This document shows, one piece after another, positions 5,591-6,539 of a stretch of DNA of 6,539 nt (the first letter of the stretch is position 1; each line of letters starts with the position of its first letter). The stretch is from Zygophlyctis sp. KS116. Its lineage: Eukaryota; Fungi; Chytridiomycota. The notes beneath the pieces are model-generated. The model was not told the DNA's origin and made no database searches. It was given only the letters and a program-made list of their open reading frames with translations. A program made the translations under genes and the position numbers. The stretch covers positions 1 through 6,539 of the forward strand of contig BAAFSQ010000435.1 in the NCBI GenBank assembly GCA_054661495.1. Reading direction: 5' to 3'.

Positions 5591-6539
5591 ATGAATTCAT
5601 TGGTTTTATTGTATTTTACCAGTCTAGCTGTCATTGGCGGTCTATTTCAAAATGTGAATTTGGTCGTTGATGAGATATTTCATGTTAGTCAAGCACAGAG
5701 TTTTTGTTCCAATGGAATTTCAAGTGGAATTTACGATTACGATCAAAAGATTACGACTCCTCCAGGACCGTATATTGTATCTTGGGCGATTCATAAAATT
5801 CTAGAGATTTTTAGGGAAAATTCAAATGTTTCAATTACATTTCTAAGATGCACAAATCTAATTTATGGGATCGCAATGCCGTTTTTGTTCAAGGAAATCC
5901 TAAATTCTGATTGGGGATCAGCGATAGAGTTGAGTCTCTTTCCTCTGTTATTCTTTTATCATTTTTTATACTATACAGATACCGGATCGGTATTTTGGGT
6001 TCTATTATCATACTTAGCATCAAGGAAAAAATCATCTCAAATAGCTGCAATATCTAGTTTTATCGCAATTACTTTTAGACAGACTAATATTGTATGGATG
6101 ATGTTGATTATGGGACTGTCAATAGTGGATTTATTGAAAAACAAACAGTCAAATCCAAATTTCAAAGAGTTTATTCTCTTTGTAATGAATGATTACGTCT
6201 TGTTGATCAAGAAATTATGGGGATTTTTATTAAATGGCGTTTTATTTGGTATTTTTCTAATATGGAATAAAGGGATTGTGATTGGGGATAAATCAAATCA
6301 TGTTGCTGCTTTTCATGTGCCACAGATTTATTATTTTGCTGTATTTTTAGTGTTTTTTAGTTGGGATTACCGGATAATTGTAGATGGATCAAGTATATTT
6401 AAGAAACCAATACAATCTTTGGTAATTGTGCTAATTATGGGTTGGACAATACTCAATTACACGTAATTTCTCGAATTATAATACTTTTTAGGATCGAACA
6501 TGCTTTTCTATTGTCAGATAATAGACATTTTAGCTTTTA
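5591..6539 (+). CDS. ALG10: Dol-P-Glc:Glc2Man9GlcNAc2-PP-Dol alpha-1,2-glucosyltransferase (ALG10/DIE2); exons 5591-6462 and 6492->6539, 3' partial
   Basis: Motifs DEIFHVSQAQSFC, YDQKITTPPGPY, FPLLFFYHFLYYTDTGS, FRQTNIVW, N-x-GIVIGDKSNH and FHVPQIYYF. After splicing, the frame continues as TIEHAFLLSDNRHFSF, matching the family H-x-FLL-x-DNRH motif. Multiple hydrophobic segments are present. Confidence 0.95.
6463..6491 (+). other. Spliceosomal intron, 29 nt (ALG10)
   Basis: AC|GTAATTTCTCGAATTATAATACTTTTTAG|G. Removing it skips the TAA at 6464-6466 and restores the DNRH motif in frame. Confidence 0.92.

Overview
AT-rich, very gene-dense eukaryotic DNA using the standard code. It is most consistent with an early-diverging fungus or relative; this is an inference from the yeast-like ArgRS/ALG10/SPE2 proteins and the tiny introns. 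Six genes are present: (-) a partial F-box-like ORF at the left edge, (-) an F-box protein with RPEL-like repeats, (-) S-adenosylmethionine decarboxylase proenzyme (SPE2/AMD1), (-) a 3-exon arginyl-tRNA synthetase, (-) a permuted papain-fold (PPPDE-like) protein ending in a CaaX box, and (+) ALG10/DIE2 glucosyltransferase, which runs off the right edge. Three GT-AG introns of only 25, 26 and 29 nt explain the broken ORF track. The most interesting signals are: an EPRS/AIMP2-type GST-like domain fused to the N-terminus of ArgRS; a compact candidate polyamine-responsive leader on the AdoMetDC gene (two micro-uORFs, nested helices and a doubled 9-mer); and an 18/20-identical 20-mer that overlaps the first ATG of both ArgRS and ALG10.
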